Source: Octopus vulgaris (taxonomy: Eukaryota). From it: a stretch of DNA of 64,000 nt. Positions 42,552-55,287 of the stretch are shown here, one piece after another (position 1 is the first letter of the stretch; every line of letters begins with the position of its first letter). Made by a program: the position numbers and the translations under genes. The notes under the pieces were generated by a model. The model saw only the letters and a program-made list of their open reading frames with translations. It searched no databases and had not been told where the DNA came from. The DNA lies in contig OX597830.1 in assembly GCA_951406725.2 (NCBI GenBank), positions 1 through 64,000 on the forward strand, given 5' to 3'.

Positions 42552-44368
42552 TAGTAGTAAAGGAATCCACAGTGGCTGACGTGTTTTCGCCGCTCCTGAC
42601 CTGTCAGCGGCCAAAGACACAGAAGACACAGAATAACAAATACAACCCAGCAGGATTACTGATAAACAACTGTAATTACTGGAAGATCTACTACTTTCTG
42701 TGAGTAATTTGAATTTCCCTCAAAATAAGTTAAAGAATTCCAAACCTACAGTTTGGGACAAAAATTTTAGAATCATAAATATCTCCATTTTTTGTGTGAA
42801 CATTTTGCCATCACCTCTTCCTTGAGTATCAGATTATGTAAAATTGCCTTTATTGTAACAACACAATTAAATGCACGCTAAAAGTATGGACGTAAACACC
42901 AGCTAAACTTTATCTTCTTCTTGACATACCTTTTATTGCAATCGCATTATTAAACACGTGGAGAATAAGAAGAAAAAAAGAAAAAGAAAAGAAAAAATAC
43001 TATTTATAGTTTCGCTCTGCTCGTACATGACTCTATTCACAAGTACTGCTTATAGTCGGCCCCTCCTTTGATTTTTCTCAAAGTCAAGGTCACTGTTTCA
43101 CAAGTTCCATCAACACTGTTGCGGTCAATTTGAACTCTATTTGACCGACCGTTCTTCATCTCACTTTATGAGCTATTACTACTGCTGCTATCAGAATTTA
43201 CTGCAGTTACTACTATCGCTACAATTAGAAACATTCAAGTTGACGATGACACTGAAATGTCTTTCTCCGTGTCTGAATTATACCGGTGGCACCAACGAAA
43301 AATCCCTTTCTTTCTCTGTGCTGGGAGAAAAGAGAATTTACTATAAAAACAAACCCCCAGCCCTCCCTCCAACGTATAATTTACTTTAAAAAGAAATACT
43401 TTAAAAGGGAAAAACGTGAGAAAAAAAGAAAAATTAATAATCTAATTTAACAGTAGACAAAAACATGTGCCTTCTCGCACATAAACACAGTATTCACACA
43501 TATACAAACATGCGCAGATGCAATTATTGAAGTACTAAATGGCACGTCAAATGATATTTAATCGTGTGGAACATGTTACATGCATATCAATATTCTAAAG
43601 TTTGGACATACTATCCCTTATCCTAAAGCTGCTTCAGACAATTAGGAAGGGTTCCCGACTCGTTGCACCGTCTGCTTTCAATCTTGGATTGTGATTCGGC
43701 TCAGCCCAAACTCTCTCAGATTTTGTCTGCTGTTGCCTACTCCTACAAGGATTGCACCTGTTTTTTGTTCCTGATTTAACCCCGATTTGTCCTAGAGCCC
43801 ATAGAAGATTGTTTTTAGTCAACCATCCATCATGTCAGCAACCTACGCATCGAAACTGAGATCTGCAAGTAGGGCTTCTCATCAAGATGATGGTCCTACC
43901 AATAGTCAGCTCAACGGGCAGTTGCTGTTGCTCAAACAAGAGGTTGAGCACCTAAAGTCTGTTGTTGCTCTGTTACTGAATAAACAGTCTCCTGTTGACG
44001 CAGAGTCACCCTTGATTTCTTCCCTGGAGACGTCCAAACCGAAGGGAACAAAATCGAAGCGGCCAAAGAAGGCGAAGGAACCGGCGGTCGTTTCTGCACA
44101 TGATCGTTCCCGTGCGGATTCTTCCTCATCTGCCCTTTCGGTCCTGGAGGTTCCCCAACCTAATTGGAGGAGCGTGGACTCAAACCCACCTGAAGACCGT
44201 TGTTCTCCCCAAAAGAAGAAACGTCGTCAAAACTCCAGTGGGGCGGATTTAGCTATGAAACCTGACCACGATAAACGGTCTCCTGTTGACACAGAGTCAC
44301 CCTTGATTTCTTACCTGGAGACGTCAAAACCGAAGGGAACAAAATCGAAGCGGCCAAAGAAGGCGAGG
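42552..44368 (+). mobile_element. LINE-A 5' fragment (upstream segment plus ORF1 N-terminus) cut off by satellite
   Basis: Mirror of 31244-32819. ORF1 opens at ATG 43832. Internal duplication of ~43988-44075 at ~44279-44366. Confidence 0.87.
43832..44368 (+). pseudogene. Truncated LINE-A ORF1 with intact ATG-proximal sequence
   Basis: MSATYASKLRSASRASHQDDGPTNSQL..LLLKQEVEHLK is in frame, then reads into satellite. Confidence 0.75.
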
Positions 44369-45787
44369 CGATTACCCGCCCCTGAATTAGATGCCACTGA
44401 ATTACCTGCCCCTGAATTACATGCCCTGAATTACCTGCTTCTGAATTACCTGCCCCTGAATTACCTACCCCTGGATTATCTGCCCTGAATTACCTGCCCC
44501 TGAATTACCTGCCCCTGGATTATCTGCCCCTGAATTACATGCCCTGAATTACCTGCCTCTGAATTACCTGCCCCTGAATTAACTACCCATGGATTATCTG
44601 TCCCTGAATTACCTGCCCCTGAATTACCTACCCCTGGATTATCTGCCCCTGAATTACATGCCCTGAATTACCTGCCTCTGAATTACCTGCCCCTGAATTA
44701 CCTACCCCAGGATTATCTGGCCCTGAATTACCTGCCCCTGAATTAAATGCCCTGAATTACCTGCCCCTAAGTACCTACCCTGGATTATCTGCCCCTGAAT
44801 TACCTGCCCCTGAATTAAATGCCCTGAATTACCTGCCTCTGAATAACCTGCCCTGAATTACCTACCCCTGGATTATCTGCCCCTGAATTACCTGCCCCTG
44901 AATTAGATGCCACTGAATTACCTGCCCCTGAATTACCTGCCCCTGAATTACCTACCCCTGAATTACCTGCCCCTGAATTAGATGCCACTGAATTGCCTGC
45001 CCCTGAATTACATGCCCTGAAATACCTGCCTCTGAATTACCTGCCACTGCATTACCTACCCCTGGATTATCTGCTCCGGAATTACCTGCCCCTGAATTAG
45101 ATCCCACTGAATTACCTACCCCTGGATTACCTGCCCCTGAATTACCTACCCTGGATTATCTGCCACTGAATTGCCTGCCCCTGAATTACATGCCCTGAAA
45201 TACCTGCCTCTGAATTACCTGCCCCTGAATTACCTATTACCTAACCCTGGATTATCTGCCCCTGAATTACCTGCCCCTGAATTAGATGCCACTGAATTAC
45301 CTACCCCTGGACTATCTGCCCCTGAATTGCCTGCCCCTGAATTAGATGCCCCTGAATTACCTACTCCTGGACTATCTGCCCTTGAATTACCTGCCCCTGA
45401 ATTACCTGCCCCTGAATTACCTACCTCTGAATTACCTGCCTCTGAATTACCTGCCCCTGAATAACCTACCCCTGGATTATCTGTCCCTGAATTAGATGCC
45501 ACTGAATTACCTGCCCCTGAATTACATGCCCTGAATTACCTGCCTCTGAATTACCTGCCCCTGAATTACCTACCCCTGGATTATCTGCCCCTGAATTACC
45601 TGCCCCTGAATTAGATGCCACTGAATTACCTGCCCCTGAATTACATGCCCTGAATTACCTGCCTCTGAATTACCTGCCCCTGAATTACCTGCCTCTGAAT
45701 TACATGCCCTGAATTACCTGCCTCTGTATTACCTGCCCCTGAATTAACTACCTCTGGATTATCTGCCCCTGAATTACCTGCCCCTGA

Positions 45788-45788
<1 letters not shown>
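44369..45788 (-). repeat. 15-bp satellite, C-rich on the + strand
   Basis: Tandem TGCCCCTGAATTACC. Confidence 0.95.
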
Positions 45789-45839
<51 letters not shown>

Positions 45840-45844
<5 letters not shown>

Positions 45845-46590
45845 GTAAAGGAATCCACAGTGGCTGACGTGTTTTCGCCGCTCCTGACCTGTCAGCGGCC
45901 AAAGACACAGAAGACACAGAATAACAAATACAACCCAGCAGGATTACTGATAAACAACTGTAATTACTGGAAGATCTACTACTTTCTGTGAGTAATTTGA
46001 ATTTCCCTCAAAATAAGTTAAAGAATTCCAAACCTACAGTTTGGGACAAAAATTTTAGAATCATAAATATCTCCATTTTTTGTGTGAACATTTTGCCATT
46101 ACCTCTTCCTTGAGTATCAGATTATGTAAAATGCCTTTATTGTAACAACACAATTAAATGCTCGCTAAAAGTATGACACCACAATTAAATGCACGCTAAA
46201 AGTATGGACGTAAACACCAGCTAAACTTTATCTTCTTCTTGACATACCTTTTATTGCAATCGCATTATTAAACACGTGGAGAATAAGAAAAAAAAAGAAA
46301 AAGAAAAGAAAAAATACTATTTATAGTTTCGCTCTGCTCGTACATGACTCTATTCACAAGTACTGTTTATAGTCGGCCCCTCCTTTGATTTTTCTCAAAG
46401 TCAAGGTCACTGTTTCACAAGTTCCATCAACACTGTTGCGGTCAATTTGAACTCTATTTGACCGACCGTTCTTCATCTCACTTTATGAGCTATTACTACT
46501 GCTGCTATCAGAATTTACTGCAGTTACTACTATCGCTACAATTAGAAACATTCAAGTTGACGATGACACTGAAATGTCTTTCTCCGTGTC
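45840..46590 (+). repeat. Partial copy of the LINE-A upstream segment, preceded by (TA)n at 45789-45840
   Basis: Reverse complement of 29964-30715. Confidence 0.88.
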
Positions 46591-46725
46591 TGAATTACCT
46601 GCCCCTGAATTAGATGCCACTGAATTACCTGCCCCTGAATTACATGCCCTGAATTACCTGCCCCTGAATTACCTACCCCTGGATTATCTGCCTCTGAATT
46701 AGATGCCACTGAATTGCCTGCCCCT
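46591..46725 (-). repeat. 15-bp satellite, short block
   Basis: Mirror of 29811-29963. Confidence 0.9.
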
Positions 46726-47714
46726 AAATATAAGTTAAATCAAAGAAATCACTAAATTCGCAAAAGTTTTCAGGTTATAAAATGTCAAAATATTGCATAT
46801 GTGTACTTGAAAAACAACAAAAAATTTAGTGATCTCTTAGCTAAATATAAGTTAACTGATTGATAAAAAGCTTATATTTATCCAAGAGATCACTAAAATC
46901 GCAAAAGTTTTCAGGTTATAAAATGTCAAAATATTGCATATGTGTACTTGAAAAACAACAAAAAATTTAGTGATCTCTTAGTTAACTGATTGATAAAAAG
47001 CTTATATTTATCCAAGAGATTACTAAAATCGCAAAGTTTTCAGGTTGTAAAATGTCAAAATATTGCATATGTGTACCTGAAAAACAACAAAAAATTTAGT
47101 GATCTCTTAGCTAAATATAAGTTAACTGATTGATAAAAAGCTTATATTTATCCAAGAGATCACTAAAATCTCAAAAGTTTTCAGGTTAAAAAATGTCAAA
47201 ATATGTGTACTTGAAAAACAACAAAAAATTTAGTGATCTCTTAGCTAAATATAAGTTAACTGATTGATAAAAAGCTTATATTTATCAAAGAAATCACTAA
47301 ATTCGCAAAAATGTTTTCAGGTTAGAAAATGTCACAATATTGCATATGTGTACTTGAAAAACAACAAAAAATTTTGTGATCTCTTAGCTAAATATAAGTT
47401 AAATGATTGATAATAAGCTTATATCTATCCAAGAAATCACTAAATTCGCAAAAGTTTTCAGGTTATAAAATGTCAAAATATTGCATATGTGTACTTGAAA
47501 AACAACAAAAAATTTAGTGATCTCTTAGCTAAATATAAGTTAACTGATTGATAATAAGCTTATATTTATCAAAGAAATCACTAAATTTGCAAAAGTTTTC
47601 AGGTTATAAAATGTCAAAATATTGCATATGTGTACTTGAAAAACAACAAAAAAATTAGTGATCTCTTAGCTAAATATAAGTTAAATGATTGATAATAAGC
47701 TTATATTTATCAGA
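46726..47714. repeat. ~140-bp AT-rich satellite, ~7 monomers, inverted
   Basis: Reverse complement of 28831-29810 with the same end junctions. Confidence 0.93.
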
Positions 47715-49403
47715 GATTATCTGCCCCTGAATTAGATGCCACTGAATTGCCTGCCCCTGAATTACATGCCCTGAAATACCTGCCTCTTAATTACCTGCCC
47801 CTGAATTACCTACCCCTGGATTACCTGTCTCTGAATTACCTACCTGGATTACCCCTGAATTACCTGAACCCCCCTGGATTATCTGCCCCTGAATTAGATG
47901 CCACTGAATTACCTGTTCCTGAATTACCTGCCCCTGAATTAGATGCCACTGAATTACCTGCCCCTGAATTACATGCCCTGAATTACCTGCCTCTGAATTA
48001 CCTGCCCCTGAATTACCTGCCCCTGAATTACATGTCCTGAATTACCTGCCCCTGAATTACCTACCCTTGGATTATCTGCCCCTGAATTACCTGCCCTGAA
48101 TTACCTGCCATGAATTACCTACCCCTGGATTATCTGCCCCTGAATTACCTGCCCCTGAATTAGATGCCACTGAATTACCTGCCCCTGAATTACCTGCCCC
48201 TGAATTACCTACCCCTGGATTATCTGCCCCTGAATTACATGCCCTGAATTACCTGCCTCTGAATTACCTGTCCCTAAATTACCTACCCCTGGATTATCTG
48301 CCCCTGAATTACCTGCCCCTGAATTAGATGCCACTGAATTACCTGCCCCTGAATTACATGCCCTGAATTACCTGCCTCTGAATTACCTGTCCCTGAATTA
48401 CCTACCCCTGGATTATCTGCCCCTGAATTACATGCCCTGAATTACCTGCCTCTGAATTACCTGCCCATGAATTAGATGCCACTGAATTGCCTGCCCCTGA
48501 ATTACATGCCCTGAAATACCTGCCACTGAATTACCTGCCCCTGAATTACATGCCCTGAATTACCTGCCTCTGAATTACCTGTCCCTAAATTACCTACCCC
48601 TGGATTATCTGCCCCTGAATTACCTGCCCCTGAATTACCTGCCACTGAATTACCTGCCCCTGAATTACATGCACTGAATTACCTGCCTCTGAATTACCTG
48701 TCCCTGAATTACCTACCCCTGGATTATCTGCCCCTGAATTACCTGCCCCTGAATTACCTGCCACTGAATTACCTGCCCTGTAATTACATGCCCTGAATTA
48801 CCTGCCCCTGAATTACCTACCCCTGGATTATCTGCCCCTCAATTACATGCCCTGAATTACCTGCCTCTGAATTACCTGTCCCTAAATTACCTACCCCTGG
48901 ATTATCTGCCCCTGAATTACCTGCCCCTGAATTAGATGCCACTGAATTACCTGCCCTTGAATTACATGCTCTGAATTACCTGCCTCTGATTTACCTGCCC
49001 CTGAATTACCAACCCCTGGATTATCTTCCCCTGAATCAGCTGCCCCTGAATTAGATGCCACTGAATTACCTGCCCCTGAATTACATGCCCTGAATTACCT
49101 GCCTCTGAATTACCTACCCCTGGATTATCTGCCCCTGAATTACCTGCCCCTGAATTACCTGCCCCTGAATTAGATGCCACTGAATTACCTGCCCCTGAAT
49201 TACATGCCCTGAATTACCTGCCTCTGAATTACCTGCCCCTGAATTACCTACCCCCGGATTATCTGCCCCTGAATTAGCTGACCCTGAATTAGATGCCACT
49301 GAATTACCCGCCCCTGAATTACATGCCCTGAATTACCTGCCTCTGAATTACCTTCCCCTAAGTACCTAACCCTGGATTATCTGCCCCTGAATTACCTGCC
49401 CCT
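47715..49403 (-). repeat. 15-bp satellite array, C-rich on the + strand
   Basis: Mirror of 25273-28830 but about half the length. Confidence 0.95.
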
Positions 49404-49843
49404 GTTTTAATCTCTTGAGTCTTTCCCAGTAGCTTACATTCTGCATAGAGGCTATCTTCTTCGTGTAGCTACGTTGGATCGCCTCGAGCTCTGTGATCAA
49501 CTTGACACTGGATGGTGACCATAACTGAGAGCAGTAGTCAAAGTGGCTTAGGACAAGTGTCCTCCAGAGGACCATCATGGTTTCTTGTTCTCTTGTTCTA
49601 AAGGTTCTGAGGATCCATCCGGCCAGTCGTCTACATTTCATTGCCAATTTAGCAACATGTACACGAAAGGTCACGTCATCACTCATGTAAATACCTAGGT
49701 CACGCACTGATTGTGCCTCTGGGATTGCTATTCCTCCGGGTCCAGTGTATTCATTGGGTATTGCATTTAGTTTTGCATGCTGATAGTATAGAGCTTGAAA
49801 CTTTCCAGCATTGAACTGCATGCTATTCTTTTCGGCTCACTTG

Positions 49844-49845
<2 letters not shown>
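49404..49845 (-). mobile_element. Internal LINE-B RT fragment
   Basis: Near-identical to ~39541-39980; ORF 49366-49821 matches QFNA.KFQALYYQ..SYWERLKRLK. Confidence 0.88.
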
Positions 49846-50033
<188 letters not shown>

Positions 50034-51396
50034 TAGTAAAGGCATCCACAGTGACTGACGTGTTTTCGCCGCTCCTGACCTGTCAGCGGCCAAAGACACA
50101 CAAGACACAGAATAACAAATACAACCCAGCAGGATTACTGATAAACAACTGTAATTACTGGAAGATCTACTACTTTCTGTGAGTAATTTGAATTTCCCTC
50201 AAAATAAGTTAAAGAATTCCAAACCTACAGTTTGGGACAAAAATTTTAGAATCATAAATATCTCCATTTTTTGTGTGAACATTTTGCCGTCACCTCTTCC
50301 TTGAGTATCAGATTATGTAAAATGCCTTTATTGTAACAACACAATTAAATGCTCGCTAAAAGTATGACACCACAATTAAATGCACGCTAAAAGTATGGAC
50401 GTAAACACCAGCTAAACTTTATCTTCTTCTTGACATACCTTTTATTGCAATCGCATTATTAAACACGTGGAGAATAAGAAGAAAAAAAAAGAAAAAGAAA
50501 AGAAAAAATACTATTTATAGTTCGCTCTGCTCGTACATGACTCTATTCACAAGTACTTTTTGTAGTCGGCCCCTCCTTTGATTTTTCTCAAAGTCAAGGT
50601 CACTGTTTCACAAGTTCCATCAACACTGTTGCGGTCAATTTGAACTCTATTTGACTGACCGTTCTTCATCTCACTTTATGAGCTATTACTACTGCTGCTA
50701 TCAGAATTTACTGCAGTTACTACTATCGCTACAATTAGAAACATTCAAGTTGACGATGACACTGAAATGTCTTTCTCCGTGTCTGAATTATACCGGTGGC
50801 ACCAACGAAAAATCCCTTTCTTTCTCTGTGCTGGGAGAAAAGAGAATTTACTATAAAAACAAACCCCCAGCCCTCCCTCCAACGTATAATTTACTTTAAA
50901 AAGAAATACTTTAAAAGGGAAAAACGTGAGAAAAAAAAGAAAAATTAATAATCTAATTTAACAGTAGACAAAAACATGTGCCTTCTCGCACATAAACACA
51001 GTATTCACACATATACAAACATGCGCAGATGCAATTATTGAAGTACTAAATGGCACGTCAAATGATATTTAATCGTGTGGAACATGTTACATGCATATCA
51101 ATATTCTAAAGTTTGGACATACTATCCCTTATCCTAAAGCTGCTTCAGACAATTAGGAAGGGTTCCCGACTCGTTGCACCGTCTGCTTTCAATCTTGGAT
51201 TGTGATTCGGCTCAGCCCAAACTCTCAGATTTTGTCTGCTGTTGCCTACTCCTACAAGGATTGCACCTGTTTTTTGTTCCTGATTTAACCCCGATTTGTC
51301 CTACAGCCCATAGAAGATTGTTTTTAGTCAACCATCCATCATGTCAGCTGAGATCTGCAAGATGATGGTCCTACCAATAGTCAGCTCAACGAGCAG

Positions 51397-52476
51397 TTGC
51401 TGTTGCTCAAACAAGAGGTTGAGCACCTAAAGTCTGTTGTTGCTCTCTTACTGAATAAACAGTCTCCTGTTGATGCAGAGTCACCCTTGATTTCTTCCCT
51501 GGAGACGTCCAAACCGAAGGGAACAAAATCGAAGCGGCCAAAGAAGGCGAAGGAACCGGCGGTCGTTTCTGCACATGATCGTTCCCGTGCGGATTCTTCC
51601 TCATCTGCCTTTTCGGTCCCGGAGGTTCCCCAACCTAGTTTGAGGAGCGTAGACTCGAACCCACCTGAAGACCGTTGTTCTCCCCAAAAGAAGAAACGTA
51701 GTCAAAACTCCAGTGGGGCAGATTTGGCTATGAAACCTGATCACGATAAAATCTGTTTGGATTCTCCTTCACTTGTCCTTCCCATTAATGCCATTGCTCA
51801 ACCAATTCTGAACGATCTCGATGTCAGTTCATCTGGGGAGTGGTGCTCCCCCAAACCGAAGAAGAGGCAGTGCAGTTCCAAACCAGGCGGGAAAATTATG
51901 ACCACTAAATCCATTCCGATCGACCCCACAGGCCGACATAAGTCCGATGGCTATGAAACCACCCTTTCGAAATCCTCCAATGAAGAATCGAATACCGCAG
52001 CTCATAGTAGAGAACTTTTTGCCCACTCAAGATCGGCAATAATATATGGCAAAGCTGAATCCACCTGTGATACAGGCATAAACCGCCTAAAAGATGACAT
52101 TAATTTTGTTTCCATTTTGGTTGGAGAATTGTTCTCTGTGAACGAAAATGTCAGTGTTCTTAAGGTCGCTCGGCTAGGAAGATTCCAAGCGAACCCAACC
52201 GCAGATACTAGACCACGCCCAATAAGGGTAATCTTTTCTTCTGATCGGGAGGCTTCAGTCTTTCTGAACAGAGCTCAGACGCATGCCTGGGAGGACCCCA
52301 ATATGGGTTTTCGCGAGGAATACTCACTAAGAGAGAGAATTCGCCGGAGGAACCTGATATCCGAGCTAAAGATGAGGAAACAAATGGGAGAGAAGGGTTT
52401 ACGAATCCAAGATGGACAGATAATCAAGTCCTACCTCTGGTCCCATGCTGTAGTGCTGACAGGGAAAGTGATGTGA
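51397..52476 (+). CDS. LINE-A ORF1 (CR1-type; coiled-coil-like N-terminus, basic linker); true start probably lost
   Basis: C-terminal 'VARLGRF..RPRPIRVIF..FREEYSLRERIRRRNLISELKMRKQMGEKGLRIQDGQII' resembles invertebrate CR1-group ORF1; it lies directly upstream of the APE. Confidence 0.75.
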   Translation: MLLLKQEVEHLKSVVALLLNKQSPVDAESPLISSLETSKPKGTKSKRPKKAKEPAVVSAHDRSRADSSSSAFSVPEVPQPSLRSVDSNPPEDRCSPQKKKRSQNSSGADLAMKPDHDKICLDSPSLVLPINAIAQPILNDLDVSSSGEWCSPKPKKRQCSSKPGGKIMTTKSIPIDPTGRHKSDGYETTLSKSSNEESNTAAHSRELFAHSRSAIIYGKAESTCDTGINRLKDDINFVSILVGELFSVNENVSVLKVARLGRFQANPTADTRPRPIRVIFSSDREASVFLNRAQTHAWEDPNMGFREEYSLRERIRRRNLISELKMRKQMGEKGLRIQDGQIIKSYLWSHAVVLTGKVM

Positions 52477-53309
52477 GGGCAAATCGAAGTGAAGTTGATA
52501 ACCCCGTCAACGATGCTATCTCTGATGCCCTTCATTCTGCTTGTTCCCCAACTCCCGCCCCTCAGACTTCACAGCTCAGCATCGTCTACACCAACTCGTG
52601 CTCCTTATTCCCAAAGTTCAGTGAACTATTTACACTGGCCATACGGGACTCCCCTGATGTGATAGCTATCACCGAGACTTGGCTGACTCCAGCAGTAAAG
52701 GACTCAGAAATCCACCTGCAGGGCTACGTCCTTTTCAGATGTGACAGAGGAAAAAGACGAGGTGGAGGTGTTGCTGTGTATGTTAAGTCTGAGCACAAAC
52801 CGTCCTGCGGTATTCTACCCACAAATGCTCAACCTACAACCAAATTCGATGCCGTCTATTGCAAGCTGAGCCTATCTGAGTTTTGCCTGCCCGTGTTGGC
52901 TGTCTACAGGCCGCCTCTAGCCGACCCCCAGGACGATGCTCATCTACTCGAAGTGATAAGATTCGTTTCAGCTTCGCATGACTGCTTGGTACTAGGCGAC
53001 TTCAACGCTCCCACGATCGATTGGCCCGCATCAAGTTGTACAACATCTTCCCGGTTCGGCCAGGCCCTTCTTGACGTGGCTGAAGATTGTTTTCTATCGC
53101 AACATGTTGAATATCCGACAAGGCATCGGTCTGGGCAGCAGTCATCTATGCTAGATCTGGTATTCTCCCGCTATCCAAGATCAGTGTCAGACGTATCTGT
53201 GTGCGCCCCTCTTGCCAAGAGTGATCATGCGGTCCTGAAGTTCGTCATGCACACAACTTTTTCCACGCCCACGATTACTTCGCTGCCACATAGAGTCTTC
53301 TGCAATTAA
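52473..53309 (+). CDS. LINE-A APE endonuclease domain (fragment of split ORF2)
   Basis: Same motifs as 22079-22957. Confidence 0.85.
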   Translation: MRANRSEVDNPVNDAISDALHSACSPTPAPQTSQLSIVYTNSCSLFPKFSELFTLAIRDSPDVIAITETWLTPAVKDSEIHLQGYVLFRCDRGKRRGGGVAVYVKSEHKPSCGILPTNAQPTTKFDAVYCKLSLSEFCLPVLAVYRPPLADPQDDAHLLEVIRFVSASHDCLVLGDFNAPTIDWPASSCTTSSRFGQALLDVAEDCFLSQHVEYPTRHRSGQQSSMLDLVFSRYPRSVSDVSVCAPLAKSDHAVLKFVMHTTFSTPTITSLPHRVFCN

Positions 53310-53437
53310 TCTTGAAATTCTAACCGAGGCTTCCGCGCTTCTGGACTGGCGATCCCTGATGACGTTGTCCTCAGTTGACGAACTATGGTCATCCCTCAAA
53401 GCATATGTAATCTGTTTGACTGACCAGGCAGTTCCCG

Positions 53438-55185
53438 TTGGGCTTCCCAAGAGGAAGAAACACAAAGAAGGTTAAACGAGAACGTCGACTCAGAGATATT
53501 GCTTGGGCTGAATTCAAAAATCTGGATTCGACTGCAGCTTTTGAGGTGTACAAAACTCAACGAGACCGAGCCGTGAAAATTGAAAAGAAAGAACGCTTCA
53601 GTTATGAATACAAAATCGCGGCAAATGCCAGTAGCAATCCAAAAACCTTCTTTGATAGATCGGTACCTCCAATGCTTCGATTGATCATCACGCGGGACGA
53701 AGTCAAACGTGTTATTCAAGGCCTCGATGTCAACAAGGTTTACGGCCCTGACGGCATACACCCACGGGTTATCAAAGCGTTGGCTCCGGTCATCTGCGAG
53801 CCCTTAACACGACTATTCAATATGTCATTGGCGACGGGTGTTATACCTGTAGATTGGAGAACAGCGATAATCTGCCCAATTTTCAAGAAAGGGAGCCGCG
53901 AAGACCCGCTTAACTACCAACCGGTTTCCCTTACATCAATAATCAGCAAGATGTTCGAAACCATCCTTAAGAAAAGTATGATGCTCCACCTCCTAAACAC
54001 AGCCTCGATCAATGATTCCCAACACGGCTTCGTGCCGAAGAGATCATGCTTGACCAACTTACTAGTAATGGAAGAATTGGTGACGCGCATCCTCGATGAT
54101 AGTGATGCTGTTGACATCGTTTTATTGGACTTTGCCAAAGCTTTTGACTCGGTAAACCACCGCCTACTACTTGTCAAGCTTCAAGCATATAGTTTCCATC
54201 CGGATATTGTACGATGGGTTGGTGCCTTCCTCTCAGATCGCTCCTTCCAAGTTCAAGTTAATGGTTCGCGGTCCGACGTCTCCAGTGCGAGCAGTGGCGT
54301 GCCTCAAGGTTCAGTGCTTGGGCCCTTGTTGTTCTTAGTCTTCATAAATGACTTGCCCGACGACCTCACGCAACACACCCTTCTATTTGCCGACGATATC
54401 AAACTGGTCACTCCTCGCGGTAGTATAGAGGATCTTCGTCGATGCCTCCACCAAATTTGGAAGTGGTCTAACGATTGGGACCTGTGTCTGAACGTGTCAA
54501 AGTGCTGTCATCTGCCTGTCGGCTCCACTCCTGCAACTCAACTTGATTTCGAGCCGGGTCGTCTGCTGCTGGAGAGGAACGATCAGGTAAAGGACATGGG
54601 TATCTTGGTGGATTCCTCATTTTCGCCTTCGGCCCAGTGCGTCCATGCTGCCAACAAAGCGCGCGGAATTCTGTTTTTGATTCGACGGTCATTCGGAATG
54701 CTCACAGCAGCAATATTCCTGCCACTCTATGTCACGCTAGTGAGACCCATATTGGAGTATGGGATTCAAGCCTCTTCTCCTTATCTCCTCAAAGACATAC
54801 AGCATCTCGAAAGAGTCCAGAGGCTGGCTACCCGCATGGTTCATGCTCTCAAAAATTTGTCCTACGAAGAAAGGCTGAGGACGCTCGACCTTTATTCTCT
54901 TGAAAACGCCGCCGCCGTGGTGATCTCATTCTCGCCCTCAACATCATAAGCGGGAAGTGTAACCTCTCGAAAGAGCTGTTCTTCACTCCTGCTCCAGAGC
55001 GTCGGCTGCAGGGTCATTCCGAAAAGCTCTACCTGCGACGATTTCATCTAAATCGAAGGAGAGGAGCTTTCTCCATCCGGGTTGCGGAACCGTGGAACAA
55101 GCTGCCAAACGAGATGGTGAAGATACCGACGACCGCTTTGTTCAAAGCCTCCCTGGACCTCAAGTGGCCTGAAATCTTTACATGA
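53438..55185 (+). pseudogene. LINE-A reverse transcriptase; 1-nt frameshift in an A-run at ~54905 (possibly a sequencing error)
   Basis: FADD and the other RT motifs; gaaaacgcc here versus gaaaaacgcc in the left copy. Confidence 0.85.
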
Positions 55186-55287
55186 ACACCACCCTGTACT
55201 TAACTCCATGTCCCCCTACATGGCCTTGCAATTTGCTTTTGAGCCAAATTAAGTAATTGACTAACTAACTAACTAACTAAATAACTA

